Shown here: positions 1 to 9,533 of the stretch, one piece after another
Layout: every line of letters starts with the position of its first letter
How positions within the stretch are numbered: position 1 is the stretch's first letter
From: a virus
Virus record (IMG/VR): IMGVR_UViG_3300037104_000796
Span: 98,359-162,358 of that record
Strand: one strand, 5' to 3'
Length of the DNA stretch: 64,000 nt
Program-made: the position numbers and the translations under genes
The notes under the pieces: generated by a model
Seen by the model: only the letters and a program-made list of their open reading frames with translations
Database searches by the model: none
Told to the model about the DNA's origin: nothing

Positions 1-360
1 TGAATCTGTGTCCATATAAATTGTTAAAGTTTTTTCAGTTATTTTGTTTGCGTGTGTTATTCCAAGTGCTTCATGAAGTTTCTTATCTTTATGCCAAAAT
101 TCAAAGAAATATTCATCAATAGCTCTACTTGCGTATTTTGCCACATCTTGGCCTTGTAACGTAACTGCTTCAGCTACATTGACATTATAACATTCAAAAT
201 ATGCAGAACCTGTAGCCCCATAAACTGAGTTTATAAACACCTTAAGAGACTGCTCGAGACCATGATATTCTTCTTTTAAATTATTTAATTTTTGAATCTC
301 TTCTTCCAATTCTTCTATACTACAATTATAAGGATCTATAGTTGTTAATTTAAATTCCAT
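1..360 (-). CDS. Family B DNA polymerase, C-terminal half (gp43B-like), runs off window
   Basis: Not in ORF track. Manual translation from ATG at 360: MEFKLTT...LEQSLKVFINSVYGATG...TIYMDTDS, containing PolB motif B (KxxxNSxYG) and motif C (YxDTDS). Confidence 0.92.
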   Translation of the reverse strand, partial: MEFKLTTIDPYNCSIEELEEEIQKLNNLKEEYHGLEQSLKVFINSVYGATGSAYFECYNVNVAEAVTLQGQDVAKYASRAIDEYFFEFWHKDKKLHEALGITHANKITEKTLTIYMDTDS

Positions 361-373
361 AATATATTTTATT

Positions 374-401
374 TTTATATACACAAAAATTAATCAAGTT
401 T
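374..401 (-). promoter_or_regulatory. Middle-type promoter AAACT-N17-TATAAA upstream of polB C-half
   Basis: Same motif and spacing seen upstream of several replication genes. Confidence 0.6.
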
Positions 402-432
402 TAAATTTTGTTAATTATTTTAAATTAATGAA

Positions 433-460
433 AAACTTTGTTCGTTGTTAGATATATAAA
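433..460 (+). promoter_or_regulatory. AAACT-N17-TATAAA promoter overlapping a GATATATA late-type box
   Basis: aaact ttgttcgttgttagata tataaa, 9 nt before ATG 470. Confidence 0.55.
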
Positions 461-469
461 ATAAAAACA

Positions 470-1531
470 ATGAACAAACAAAATGTAATAAGCGCTATCA
501 CTAAACATTTAAAAATTAATAATAAAATAATGGGCTTTAAATCTAAGAAAAATATTATTTTTATAAATTGGATAAATGATTATTTTAAAAATTCAGAAAT
601 AGCAACATCTAGTTTTTTAGAAAAAGTGTGGGTAATAACACACAACGATAATATAGAACATTGCGCTACTTGTGGAATTAAATCTGTTTTCGGAAATTTT
701 AATGTTGGTTATCGAAGTAAACATTGTAAAAAATGTGCATCTCCTGAGGGATATAGAAGATTAGCACAAAAAAGAAAAGAAGAATCTCCGGAAATAATAG
801 TTACAAAAAATTGTAAAGAGTGTGATATAATTTTTTCATATAAAACGCACAAATTAAATAACACAATAAATAAAGAATTTTGCTCTAAATCTTGTGCGGG
901 CATTTACAATCAGAATAATATGTCCGTAGAAACTATAAAAAATAAAAATGAGAAAACAAATAAAACCAATGTAGAAAAATATAAAGACCCGTGGGTAGTT
1001 AATTCAAAATATACACGAAATATAACAAAAGAAAAATTAGGTGTAGAATATCCATTTCAAGATCCAAAAATTATAAAAAAATGCAAAGATACATTATATG
1101 AAAATACCGGATATACAAATCCTCTCAAAAATCCTAAAACTCTTAAAAAGATGCTAAATACAAAAATAGAACGTTATGGAGATTTATTAATTCCTATGGC
1201 CAAATATAAAGATTTTAAAATGCCTTCAGGGAAAGTTGTTAAAGTTCAAGGAAATGAAAGCTACGGATTGAATATTCTTCTTGAAAAATATAATGAAACT
1301 GATATATTTGTTGGAAGAAAAAATATAGAAAACGAAATAGGACAAATACATTATATTGGAAAAGATCACAGACAACACATATACTATCCTGATATTTACA
1401 TTAAATCACAAAATAAAATATTTGAAGTTAAATCTAATTTCACATATAAAATTCATAAAGAAACTAATGAATTGAAAAAACAAGCCGTTTTAGAAAAAAA
1501 TATAGAATTTGAATTTATGATAATCAATTAA
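470..1531 (+). CDS. Putative free-standing homing endonuclease (Zn ribbons, KYG/NP repeats, C-terminal PD-(D/E)xK domain)
   Basis: CxxC pairs and YYPDIYIKSQNKIFEVKS motif; paralogous to 12250 and 48566. Confidence 0.7.
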   Translation: MNKQNVISAITKHLKINNKIMGFKSKKNIIFINWINDYFKNSEIATSSFLEKVWVITHNDNIEHCATCGIKSVFGNFNVGYRSKHCKKCASPEGYRRLAQKRKEESPEIIVTKNCKECDIIFSYKTHKLNNTINKEFCSKSCAGIYNQNNMSVETIKNKNEKTNKTNVEKYKDPWVVNSKYTRNITKEKLGVEYPFQDPKIIKKCKDTLYENTGYTNPLKNPKTLKKMLNTKIERYGDLLIPMAKYKDFKMPSGKVVKVQGNESYGLNILLEKYNETDIFVGRKNIENEIGQIHYIGKDHRQHIYYPDIYIKSQNKIFEVKSNFTYKIHKETNELKKQAVLEKNIEFEFMIIN

Positions 1532-1887
1532 TTTATGTGATACTTTTCGCCCCACAATAATAAATATGTAAAGCCTTTATCATCTTCAAAAATTAATTTT
1601 TCACGAATATCATCATTAGAAGTATATCGAGTAATTATAAATATGTAATCTCTACCGTCGGCATCAAATGCGCCATATTCTGAACGACGTCTTTTAAACT
1701 TTCCAGATATTGTTTTGTAAATTAGCGAACTTAAAAATTCACGTACTTTATTATCATACTGATTTTCAATTTTCAAATCTTGAATATACTTCAAAATATC
1801 TATTTTTCCAATACCCATATCAGTGATAGGATCACTATCTTCTGTGAAGCCCATTCTTTCATCAATATGTTCTCTAACTAATTTCAT
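1528..1887 (-). CDS. DPxxDMGIG-leader family protein (putative internal head protein)
   Basis: N-terminus MKLVREHIDE-RMGFTEDSDPITDMGIG. Confidence 0.65.
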   Translation of the reverse strand: MKLVREHIDERMGFTEDSDPITDMGIGKIDILKYIQDLKIENQYDNKVREFLSSLIYKTISGKFKRRRSEYGAFDADGRDYIFIITRYTSNDDIREKLIFEDDKGFTYLLLWGEKYHIN

Positions 1888-2543
1888 TAAAAACCTCTTT
1901 CTTCAACTATAAATCTATAATCGAATTTCTTTTTAGATACTATCATGCGTCCATTGGTGCCTCCATAGAGTGTCGTATTTCCATGAGTTTTAAAATAGTC
2001 ACGGGATATATCCATTTGTTCTTTGTTGTTATATTTTTTAAAACGTAAATCTTTATAATTTGTGCCATATCGTATAACATTGTATATGACAATATATGAC
2101 TCTGGATAAAGTTTTAATCCTGAGTGCCACGATGTAAATTGGCCTGATTGATTTTTAGTTACTGCAAAACCCATTCTTTTGGCTTTAAGTACTGCACCGG
2201 GTTTGAGAGTTTCATATGAGAACCCGCCAATACCCATATCAGAAATGGGATCAGAATCTGCATCAGTAAAAGCTTCATCTAATCCAGGCCAACCACCATT
2301 TGGAGGTACATCATCTAAAGCATCTTCAGGTAATTCGTTAAAAATTTTCATCCAATCAAACGCAGGATATTTTTTATGGAATCTACGAATTATTTGTTCA
2401 TATTCATATTGAATATCATCTTCAGTTTTTGCAGCTCTTTTTAATTGTTTAATAAATTTAGACATAAGTCCTATTCCTAAATCTTGAATAGGATCAGATT
2501 CAGCTTTAAATTTCTCGTATAATTGTTCTCTAACTAATTTCAT
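1887..2543 (-). CDS. DPxxDMGIG-leader family protein with two leader copies
   Basis: MKLVREQLYE-KFKAESDPIQDLGIG and internal GLDE-AFTDADSDPISDMGIG. Confidence 0.65.
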   Translation of the reverse strand: MKLVREQLYEKFKAESDPIQDLGIGLMSKFIKQLKRAAKTEDDIQYEYEQIIRRFHKKYPAFDWMKIFNELPEDALDDVPPNGGWPGLDEAFTDADSDPISDMGIGGFSYETLKPGAVLKAKRMGFAVTKNQSGQFTSWHSGLKLYPESYIVIYNVIRYGTNYKDLRFKKYNNKEQMDISRDYFKTHGNTTLYGGTNGRMIVSKKKFDYRFIVEERGF

Positions 2544-2908
2544 TCTTCAATGAATATTTTTTTATCATCGTAAGGAATAGTGTAAGAAGCTTTTTCTTCA
2601 GTATCAAAAACACTTAATCCGTGTGAATCTTCATCAAATTCATTTATTTTACCAACATATATTGTGTATTTTCCCCAACCTTTTCCAGTTTTAATTGAAT
2701 CGTTTTTAACCACAAGCATCTGATTAAATTCGCCTGTTATATGTTTATTTAAGAGTGCATCTTTAAAAGTTTTAATGAAATTTTCACGATATTCTTTTTT
2801 TAATCGCGAACGTGTTCTTCCCGCATTAAAACCGCCGATTCCCATATCGTGAACGGGATCGCCTTCTTCACTAAATTTTTCGTATAAATATTCTCTTACT
2901 TTTTTCAT
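2540..2908 (-). CDS. DPxxDMGIG-leader family protein
   Basis: MKKVREYLYE-KFSEEGDPVHDMGIG. Confidence 0.65.
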   Translation of the reverse strand: MKKVREYLYEKFSEEGDPVHDMGIGGFNAGRTRSRLKKEYRENFIKTFKDALLNKHITGEFNQMLVVKNDSIKTGKGWGKYTIYVGKINEFDEDSHGLSVFDTEEKASYTIPYDDKKIFIEE

Positions 2909-3288
2909 TAGTCATCTATTTGATTATCTAATCCCGCTTTTCCACTTTTCATAGCTTCTTCAGGTGTATTCCATTTATATGGCCCATCTCCCATATAAGG
3001 TTCTCCAGTATCTGGAATTGCAATATAAAATGTTTTAACTATCGTTCCCTGTTTATCTCTTAATACTCCTAAAGCATTTACTTGTACAATTTTAAGATGA
3101 AGACTTCGATATTCAATTATGTCAATTATTTTTTCTTTAACCGGAAATTCATAAGCGCGCACACTCCAATCCCATTCATATTGTTTGTCCAATTTAGCCA
3201 TTTGAGCATCATGTCCAATCTCCATATCTTTTATAGGATCTGAATCTTCGGTAAAGCCTAATGCTTCATATATAAATTGTGCTCTCAT
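2908..3288 (-). CDS. DPxxDMGIG-leader family protein
   Basis: MRAQFIYE-ALGFTEDSDPIKDMEIG. Confidence 0.65.
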   Translation of the reverse strand: MRAQFIYEALGFTEDSDPIKDMEIGHDAQMAKLDKQYEWDWSVRAYEFPVKEKIIDIIEYRSLHLKIVQVNALGVLRDKQGTIVKTFYIAIPDTGEPYMGDGPYKWNTPEEAMKSGKAGLDNQIDD

Positions 3289-3683
3289 TACTTTATAAGA
3301 TAATTTTCTTCAGGCAATACCCTGTAAATGTTAAATACTGCATCTCGTGAAGATGTTGCCTCGGCCTTTTTATCAAAAAAATATAATTCGGCTCCATTTA
3401 AATAGCTGTTATAATCATTTATAGTAAAAGTTATTCTATTAGTTTTTTTAAATGGCTTTTCTCTTACTGCTTTAACTTGTTCAAATATTCCAGAAATGAT
3501 TTTTCCTTTTAATGAATTTAAAAAAACTTGCCATTTATCACGTTTCTTTCCAAAATCTTTAATTTTATCATTTTGTATAGTTTTAAGAGCTTCTGTTTTA
3601 AAATTTACATTGCTTCCAATACTCATATCATGAACAGGGTCACTTACTTCATCAAACTTTTCAAATACAAATTGTGCTTTCAT
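3288..3683 (-). CDS. DPxxDMGIG-leader family protein
   Basis: MKAQFVFE-KFDEVSDPVHDMSIG. Confidence 0.65.
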   Translation of the reverse strand: MKAQFVFEKFDEVSDPVHDMSIGSNVNFKTEALKTIQNDKIKDFGKKRDKWQVFLNSLKGKIISGIFEQVKAVREKPFKKTNRITFTINDYNSYLNGAELYFFDKKAEATSSRDAVFNIYRVLPEENYLIK

Positions 3684-6211
3684 TTCGGTATTTTGTATAT
3701 TTTATTTTTATACATTACTCTTAATCCACGCATTTTATTCTCATCCAAAATATCTGCATCTCCCTTAGGAACAAAAATCATAGAAGCATTTGCATATCTA
3801 TTGAATTTCACTAGAACAGTTTTTACTTGTCCTTCAGTTAAAGAATGCGTTAGACTTCCTGATTGATTTTCTTGTTCTATACTTTGCAATGCTATGTCAT
3901 ATCCTATTCCCATATCATGTATCGGGTCTGATTTTTCAGTAAACTTTTCATTAAGTTGTGGATAAAAATTATCCGGTTGCAACTCTTCTGCTAAGTTTTC
4001 TATTTCAGTTATCCTTTGAACTTCAATATTTACTTGAATGCTTTTATCTGTTCTTCTCGTTCCTTGATTAACACGAATTTGAATAACAACACTATAAAGA
4101 ATTTCTGCAGTAACAATATAATATTTTATTTCAAGTCCGGCGTTGTTATTTCCATCTTTTATGAAAATCTTTCCATCATAATCTTCATACGCTTTATTGT
4201 ATAAACTTACACCACCGTTTTGTGGAAATTTATGAATCTTAACTTTATTAGGATCGCCATCTTTATTCCCTTGAAATTTAAAGAATGCTGGATTTTGTCC
4301 TAAGCTCAAACTATACGCGGCCAAACTGATAAACATGTTATCTTCAGCAACTTTTTCTAAAAGATAATTTAACATCTTTAAAGATCCGTATTTTGCTTTT
4401 GCCGCTGTAGAATCACTAAATCCTTCAACTGTTCCTTCAAGTCGATAATTAAATGAATCGGCTTCTTTTAATTTTGATATATTTGTAGGAATTTTATTTC
4501 TTTGATTAATGATTTCGGTCATGAATCGTTCGGGAGTCCACGTTTGTTCTTCTTTTGTTAAATTATAACGATCAGACACTGTCTCGTGTTTTGAAATATA
4601 ACTCTTTCCTTTTCCACCTTGAGCAGTTTGTTCTTTTAATGAAATGGCTAATGCCAAAATATTTTGGTTTTCAGTTTCTAAATCATCTGCAAAAATATTA
4701 TTGTAATCGCCGAGTTTAAGTTGTTCAGTTTCTTTTTGTGCGGCTTCGGTCCAACGATCAAGAATTTCTTGTTTTTTGCCCGGTTTAACAAGCATCATAT
4801 CCATTGGATTCCATTTGTCTACTGCATTAGCAGCAAATCCGATTCCTTTAGCAGCTTCTTTTTTAATATCAGTAAAGAATTTATCACGATATATTTCCCA
4901 ATCTGAAAAATTTGTTTCTTTTAATTTCTTTCCAATTGACATTGCATTAAAAATACTGTTTACGAAAAGTAAATTGTATTTGTCGCCTTCTTGTGTTAAA
5001 GTTCTAAGAATATAATCAGTATCCTTTTCATCCATGCCTTTAATGCGATTATCAGTTATATCTTTAACAATTTTTTCAATCGTATTAAAATAATTGGCTT
5101 TCTTCTCTTCTTCTTTGCCGATTTTCTTAAATGGTTCATATTCTTCTTCTGTTTGGAAGAAATAAACAACCAAACCTTCTTTAAAAACTGTAGGAGTTTG
5201 CGTCATTTGACCACCTGAAGAAACACCGGAATATTTTACTCCGTATTTATTTCCATCTAATGTGTAAAGCAAACCTGGGAATTTTCCTGATACAGCTCCT
5301 GGCTGTCCGGGATAGACGAGTCTCATTGAACTTTTATCAAGGTCTAAATTAAATTCATCTGATACCTCAGTAAAGTCTTTTACGAATTGATCATCGGAAG
5401 TTTTTGCAATATTTTCAATACGTTTTCCTGTGCTATATTTGTATTTTGCAGGATATTTTTTTGCCACTTCTCTTAATAAAAATGTATTTCCGGTTCCTTT
5501 GGTATATAATTTGGAATCAACTTCATTTAATGATGGGTAAAATGGTTCATGAACGCTTTCATCACCAAGAGTTGCCATCTGCCATTGACGTTTTGATTTA
5601 TATTTAGGACTTTTTGAACCAAAACCATACGGCACTTCTTTTTTGCCTGCGCCTGGAGGAATTAAGTGTTTGATTTGTAATTCTTCTGGATGTCTTTCAT
5701 ATTTTTTATTATATTCATCAGGAGTAACAAATTTTTGAGTTTTTGCATCCGGGTGCCAATCTCCCCAAACTGGAAATATTGCATAATAATCATCATTAAC
5801 TGGTCTTGTGGGATATTTTTTAAGTTTTTTGAAATTTTTAGAAGGAACTTCTATTTTCCATTCACCATCGAAAAAGTCAACTTTTACTTCATCTTCTTGA
5901 AGTTTAATATTTAAATCTTGTAATACTTTTTTAAGCTTTTCTTTATTCTCGGGGAAATGCCAAAACGTTACGATTTTAAAATCAAAGAAAAGTCTTCCCG
6001 CATATTGACCACGACCATCACCATAATATTCTTCTGGATAATCATCAAGATATTTCATATCATCGTGTGTTGTTTGACGCTCACCGATAAGTAATTTTTC
6101 ATTGTAATAAGAAAAAGGCATCGTGTTCGTATCATCCCAGTCTATTGCACGATTCTTCTTTGGATCATATATTGAGTTTGGATTTTCGAATAATCGTGGG
6201 TATAATGACAT
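3680..6211 (-). CDS. 843-aa putative polyprotein with three YPxLxE sites, a central nuclease-like domain and a C-terminal DPxxDMGIG module
   Basis: YPRLFE (E9), FYPSLNE (E230), FYPQLNE-KFTEKSDPIHDMGIG (E755); DKWNPMD...ISLK motif. Confidence 0.6.
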   Translation of the reverse strand: MSLYPRLFENPNSIYDPKKNRAIDWDDTNTMPFSYYNEKLLIGERQTTHDDMKYLDDYPEEYYGDGRGQYAGRLFFDFKIVTFWHFPENKEKLKKVLQDLNIKLQEDEVKVDFFDGEWKIEVPSKNFKKLKKYPTRPVNDDYYAIFPVWGDWHPDAKTQKFVTPDEYNKKYERHPEELQIKHLIPPGAGKKEVPYGFGSKSPKYKSKRQWQMATLGDESVHEPFYPSLNEVDSKLYTKGTGNTFLLREVAKKYPAKYKYSTGKRIENIAKTSDDQFVKDFTEVSDEFNLDLDKSSMRLVYPGQPGAVSGKFPGLLYTLDGNKYGVKYSGVSSGGQMTQTPTVFKEGLVVYFFQTEEEYEPFKKIGKEEEKKANYFNTIEKIVKDITDNRIKGMDEKDTDYILRTLTQEGDKYNLLFVNSIFNAMSIGKKLKETNFSDWEIYRDKFFTDIKKEAAKGIGFAANAVDKWNPMDMMLVKPGKKQEILDRWTEAAQKETEQLKLGDYNNIFADDLETENQNILALAISLKEQTAQGGKGKSYISKHETVSDRYNLTKEEQTWTPERFMTEIINQRNKIPTNISKLKEADSFNYRLEGTVEGFSDSTAAKAKYGSLKMLNYLLEKVAEDNMFISLAAYSLSLGQNPAFFKFQGNKDGDPNKVKIHKFPQNGGVSLYNKAYEDYDGKIFIKDGNNNAGLEIKYYIVTAEILYSVVIQIRVNQGTRRTDKSIQVNIEVQRITEIENLAEELQPDNFYPQLNEKFTEKSDPIHDMGIGYDIALQSIEQENQSGSLTHSLTEGQVKTVLVKFNRYANASMIFVPKGDADILDENKMRGLRVMYKNKIYKIPK

Positions 6212-6226
6212 ATCGATACTTTATTT

Positions 6227-6234
6227 TATATATT
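6227..6234 (-). promoter_or_regulatory. Late-type promoter AATATATA heading the leader-family operon
   Basis: RATAWATA followed by an A-tract before ATG; resembles T4 late TATAAATA. Confidence 0.45.
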
Positions 6235-6251
6235 TAAGACAGGATAAACAA

Positions 6252-6283
6252 AAAAGCTCGATCATTTTAGTAATCGAGCTTTT
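6252..6283 (-). terminator. Rho-independent terminator after sliding clamp gene
   Basis: aaaagctcgat / atcgagctttt stem with U-tract on minus strand. Confidence 0.75.
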
Positions 6284-6302
6284 AAGTAGTAGAATTGTAT
6301 TG

Positions 6303-7079
6303 TTAATCTTTATCTTCTGCTTTTGATATAACTGTTGTGGTCTCGCTATCTTTTGAGATAAATACGAGTCTATCTTCTCCAAGATTGACATCATAATTTT
6401 CTACATCTAATGTTGAGAATTGATCTTTAAAAATACTTAATTCAGCTGTTGTAAGTTGTTTTTCTGCAATTACTCTTTCATATGCTTTTCCTGATACAAT
6501 AACTTCACCTTCTTTAAATGCTATTTGCATAAATCTATGGTCGTTATCCAAGCCATTAAGTGAATTGATATTTTCAAGAACTGCTTTCGGTAATTCGAAA
6601 CTTCCAATTGTTTGAATTGTTGCGATACTATCTACAAACAATTGATCGGGAATATATTTGAAAATATTTAATGAAGTACAATCAACATTCATTTTCAAAT
6701 TCTTATTTTTCAAAAGAATCTTTTCACCTGCATATTGAGTGTCTGCCTCGTTTATCATTTCCTGATATTCGATCGTTATTGTGAATTCGACATCATTAAA
6801 CTGATCCATAATTTTAATCAATCTTGGAATGTTGAATATACCAACTTTTACTCTTTTCGGATCTTTAGTTACTGTTGCTGCTAATCCTGCTTCATCAAAT
6901 TTAATTGAACTCATTTTTACTACAGAACGTTCTTCGTTATATGTCTTTGCGATGAACATTGATTTCTGTTGATCGATCTCTAAGAGTAATGAGTTGTCAA
7001 TCGTAGAAAATCTTTTGAGCCATCCTGTAAATGCTTTTACGTTTTTTGCTGTAAATTCTACTGTTTTTTTCGTAGCCAT
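6303..7079 (-). CDS. DNA polymerase sliding clamp (T4 gp45-like)
   Basis: 258 aa; LKRFSTIDNSLLL and VGIFNIPRLIKIM resemble the gp45 LKNFATIN / IYDL motifs; middle-type promoter upstream. Confidence 0.65.
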   Translation of the reverse strand: MATKKTVEFTAKNVKAFTGWLKRFSTIDNSLLLEIDQQKSMFIAKTYNEERSVVKMSSIKFDEAGLAATVTKDPKRVKVGIFNIPRLIKIMDQFNDVEFTITIEYQEMINEADTQYAGEKILLKNKNLKMNVDCTSLNIFKYIPDQLFVDSIATIQTIGSFELPKAVLENINSLNGLDNDHRFMQIAFKEGEVIVSGKAYERVIAEKQLTTAELSIFKDQFSTLDVENYDVNLGEDRLVFISKDSETTTVISKAEDKD

Positions 7080-7113
7080 GGTGTTAAAAATTATAATTTA
7101 TGTTTGTACAAGT

Positions 7114-7141
7114 ATTATACATCTCAAAAGGAGGAAAGTTT
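7114..7141 (-). promoter_or_regulatory. Middle-type promoter AAACT-N17-TATAAT
   Basis: aaact ttcctccttttgagatg tataat on minus strand. Confidence 0.65.
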
Positions 7142-7182
7142 TAAGCTTTCACTCCTTTATTATATTTTTAACAAAGTTTTAA

Positions 7183-7431
7183 TTATTTGTGTTTTTCTCG
7201 GTCATTGTTAGGTTCTTCCCAATCTACTTCATTTAAAGCTTCATTAATTACTTCTTGAAGTTCATCAAATTCAAATCCTACAACTGCCGCTTCATAAAAT
7301 AATTCTGTCAATTCCATTACTAAACCTTTGCGATCTTTTGCATCATATGATGATCCGCCATCTTCTTTATCACCTTCAAACCAATCTAAATCTGATTCGT
7401 TAAGTTTTTCTTTTACAAATTTACCTTTCAT
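7183..7431 (-). CDS. Acidic small protein with LxE propeptide-like N-terminus
   Basis: MKGKFVKEKLNE-SDLD. Confidence 0.6.
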   Translation of the reverse strand: MKGKFVKEKLNESDLDWFEGDKEDGGSSYDAKDRKGLVMELTELFYEAAVVGFEFDELQEVINEALNEVDWEEPNNDREKHK

Positions 7432-7467
7432 GTTTTCTTGATTATTTTCTTTTTAAGATTTATTTAT

Positions 7468-8907
7468 TTATTCATCATCTTCTTCAGAATTTTCATCATT
7501 TTCATCGTAAACATCTTGGCCATCCCAAATTGTAACATCATCTATTACTTCAATATCATCTGTTTCGAATAAGTTAACTACATTAGTTTTATGTCCGACT
7601 CCTCTAACAATAGTTGGGTCTGTATAAGCGTTATATGATTTTTCAGCTACCTTTAACTCTACTTCTTTATCCTTAAGTTTCTTTATTAACTCTTTTATTT
7701 CAATTTTAGTTGAAATTAACTCATCAGTAGTAAATTTTCGAGCTGTCATTCTCTCTAATCTTTCTTGAATTTCTTTCTCATAAGTCTTTAACCATGTGTC
7801 AATTTCAGCATTTGATCTTTTCTTAGCGAGTATAAAAGCGATAAACAATTCCTTTGCATAATTAAATGTAAGATCAAATTGAAGTTTATCACGTTCGTAT
7901 AAAGTATTTTTATGTTTAAGTCTTACAACTTGCCATTTATAATCTTCAAGATATTGTTCAATTGAATCATAAGTTAGTACTGTGCCGTCTTTTACAAATA
8001 CAAGATTTTCTGTAACTATAATCGAAAAGGCTTTATGAACAAATTTTTGAATATCTTCCCAATCTTTGTCACTGCGTCCTTTATAAATGATATCGATATT
8101 TACATTAACTTTTGAATTATCTTCAATACGAATAACTCCTTCGTATTTGTTAAAAAGATAATCAAATTTCTTTATTACAGATTCATATTTAAGAATTGGT
8201 GGAATTTCACGTATTAGCAATTTCTTCCCTTCAACCGCAACTTTTGAAGAAATTATCCACGATTTATCAATGTTTTTGTACTTTTCAATAGTTCCAGTGA
8301 ATCCTTCAAAATAAGGTTTTGCAGATTTACGAGTTCCAGCCAAAAAGTCTTTGATATCACTTAATTTACGTGGAAGTATTGTAGTTTTATAACCTACAGC
8401 GATACCAACAATGGGTGAAACAAGTCCTAATGGAATGTCTAACCACAATGGATCGTACGGCCCTTCCGGTTCTCTCGTAGTAAGGTAATTGTATTTGCCT
8501 AAGATACCATTGGTAGCAGAAGATAAACGCACCGAAGTGTATCGTGCTGCTGCAGGGGAGGGACTTACTTCTGTACCAAAAAATCCATCTCCTTCAAGAA
8601 TGCACATAGCATTTCCAAAAGGACGAGTCAATTTATTGATAGCTTTTTCAAGAGATGCATCACCGTGGTGATAACCATCCGAAATAACTTTCCCTACTAT
8701 AGTTAAAGTCTTTACATAATTTGTAGGAGTATTTTTGACGATATAGCGTTGAACTGGAGTCAACGCATCATAAAAGTTTGGAATCCCTCGAGATTCAAGA
8801 ACATACACAGCATAATCTCGGTATTTTGAATCAATAAACTTTGAGATTGGAAGTCGAATGATCTTTTCTTTACGTTTGGGTTTCGTTAAATCTTTTGATT
8901 TACGCAT
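7468..8907 (-). CDS. DNA topoisomerase II, GyrA/gp52-like subunit
   Basis: YHHGD, catalytic AAARYT and GIAVGY motifs. Confidence 0.93.
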   Translation of the reverse strand: MRKSKDLTKPKRKEKIIRLPISKFIDSKYRDYAVYVLESRGIPNFYDALTPVQRYIVKNTPTNYVKTLTIVGKVISDGYHHGDASLEKAINKLTRPFGNAMCILEGDGFFGTEVSPSPAAARYTSVRLSSATNGILGKYNYLTTREPEGPYDPLWLDIPLGLVSPIVGIAVGYKTTILPRKLSDIKDFLAGTRKSAKPYFEGFTGTIEKYKNIDKSWIISSKVAVEGKKLLIREIPPILKYESVIKKFDYLFNKYEGVIRIEDNSKVNVNIDIIYKGRSDKDWEDIQKFVHKAFSIIVTENLVFVKDGTVLTYDSIEQYLEDYKWQVVRLKHKNTLYERDKLQFDLTFNYAKELFIAFILAKKRSNAEIDTWLKTYEKEIQERLERMTARKFTTDELISTKIEIKELIKKLKDKEVELKVAEKSYNAYTDPTIVRGVGHKTNVVNLFETDDIEVIDDVTIWDGQDVYDENDENSEEDDE

Positions 8908-8916
8908 ATAACGCTT

Positions 8917-9192
8917 TTATTTTTGTTTTGGAAAAAGTGATGCATCAGCAAAACGAGAAAATCTATCTTTTGGTTCAGGCTGAGGTTCGCTTACTGAAAT
9001 ACTGAAATAAACTTCTTTCTTTTTATTGCCATCTGTAAGTGTTGCAAATTCTTCTTTTCGACCTGAATTAGGATTGCCTGACGCAAGTTGTGAACTAAGA
9101 GATTGAATCAATTCAATAGCCTCTTTGTTATTGAGTCTTACCATAAATCCGGGTGTTCCATCTTTAATCTTACTAAAATCAAATATTTCCAT
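8917..9192 (-). CDS. Hypothetical protein
   Basis: ORF in co-directional operon. Confidence 0.6.
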   Translation of the reverse strand: MEIFDFSKIKDGTPGFMVRLNNKEAIELIQSLSSQLASGNPNSGRKEEFATLTDGNKKKEVYFSISVSEPQPEPKDRFSRFADASLFPKQK

Positions 9193-9193
9193 G

Positions 9194-9406
9194 TTATTTT
9201 TGTTTAAGACAATTTTTTATAGTGTTGTTTGTATAAAATGCACATCCGGTTTTAAAATAGAGTCCGCATTCATCACATATTTTTTGACGATCTTTTTTAC
9301 CCCTTTTAACTTGTTTGGTTTCATCATAAGAAAAATCTTCGTTCCAATGTGATAATGGGCCTATATTGTCATTATCATCTTCTAACCAATGATCAAACCA
9401 ACCCAT
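9194..9406 (-). CDS. Hypothetical Cys-containing small protein
   Basis: ORF tightly packed between neighbours; CxxC. Confidence 0.55.
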   Translation of the reverse strand: MGWFDHWLEDDNDNIGPLSHWNEDFSYDETKQVKRGKKDRQKICDECGLYFKTGCAFYTNNTIKNCLKQK

Positions 9407-9407
9407 C

Positions 9408-9533
9408 TTATTTCCAAATATATTCGATTAACATTTCTAGTAGCACTAGTCCTACCGTACCGACAATTATGCCAAAAACAATCCATTTGGTTTTATCAAG
9501 TTCAGGTTTAACTTCACTATATGATTTTTTCAT
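9408..9533 (-). CDS. 41-aa single-pass membrane protein
   Basis: Manual translation MKKSYSEVKPELDKTKWIVFGIIVGTVGLVLLEMLIEYIWK; fills the gap and overlaps the upstream stop (TAATG). Confidence 0.55.
   Translation of the reverse strand: MKKSYSEVKPELDKTKWIVFGIIVGTVGLVLLEMLIEYIWK

Noticed and set aside
1528-3960. DPxxDMGIG repeats as a CRISPR array, integron-like cassette sites or DGR template/variable repeats
   Set aside because: The repeats are in-frame coding, vary at synonymous positions, lack palindromes and have irregular spacing. No cas, integrase or reverse transcriptase gene is in the window.
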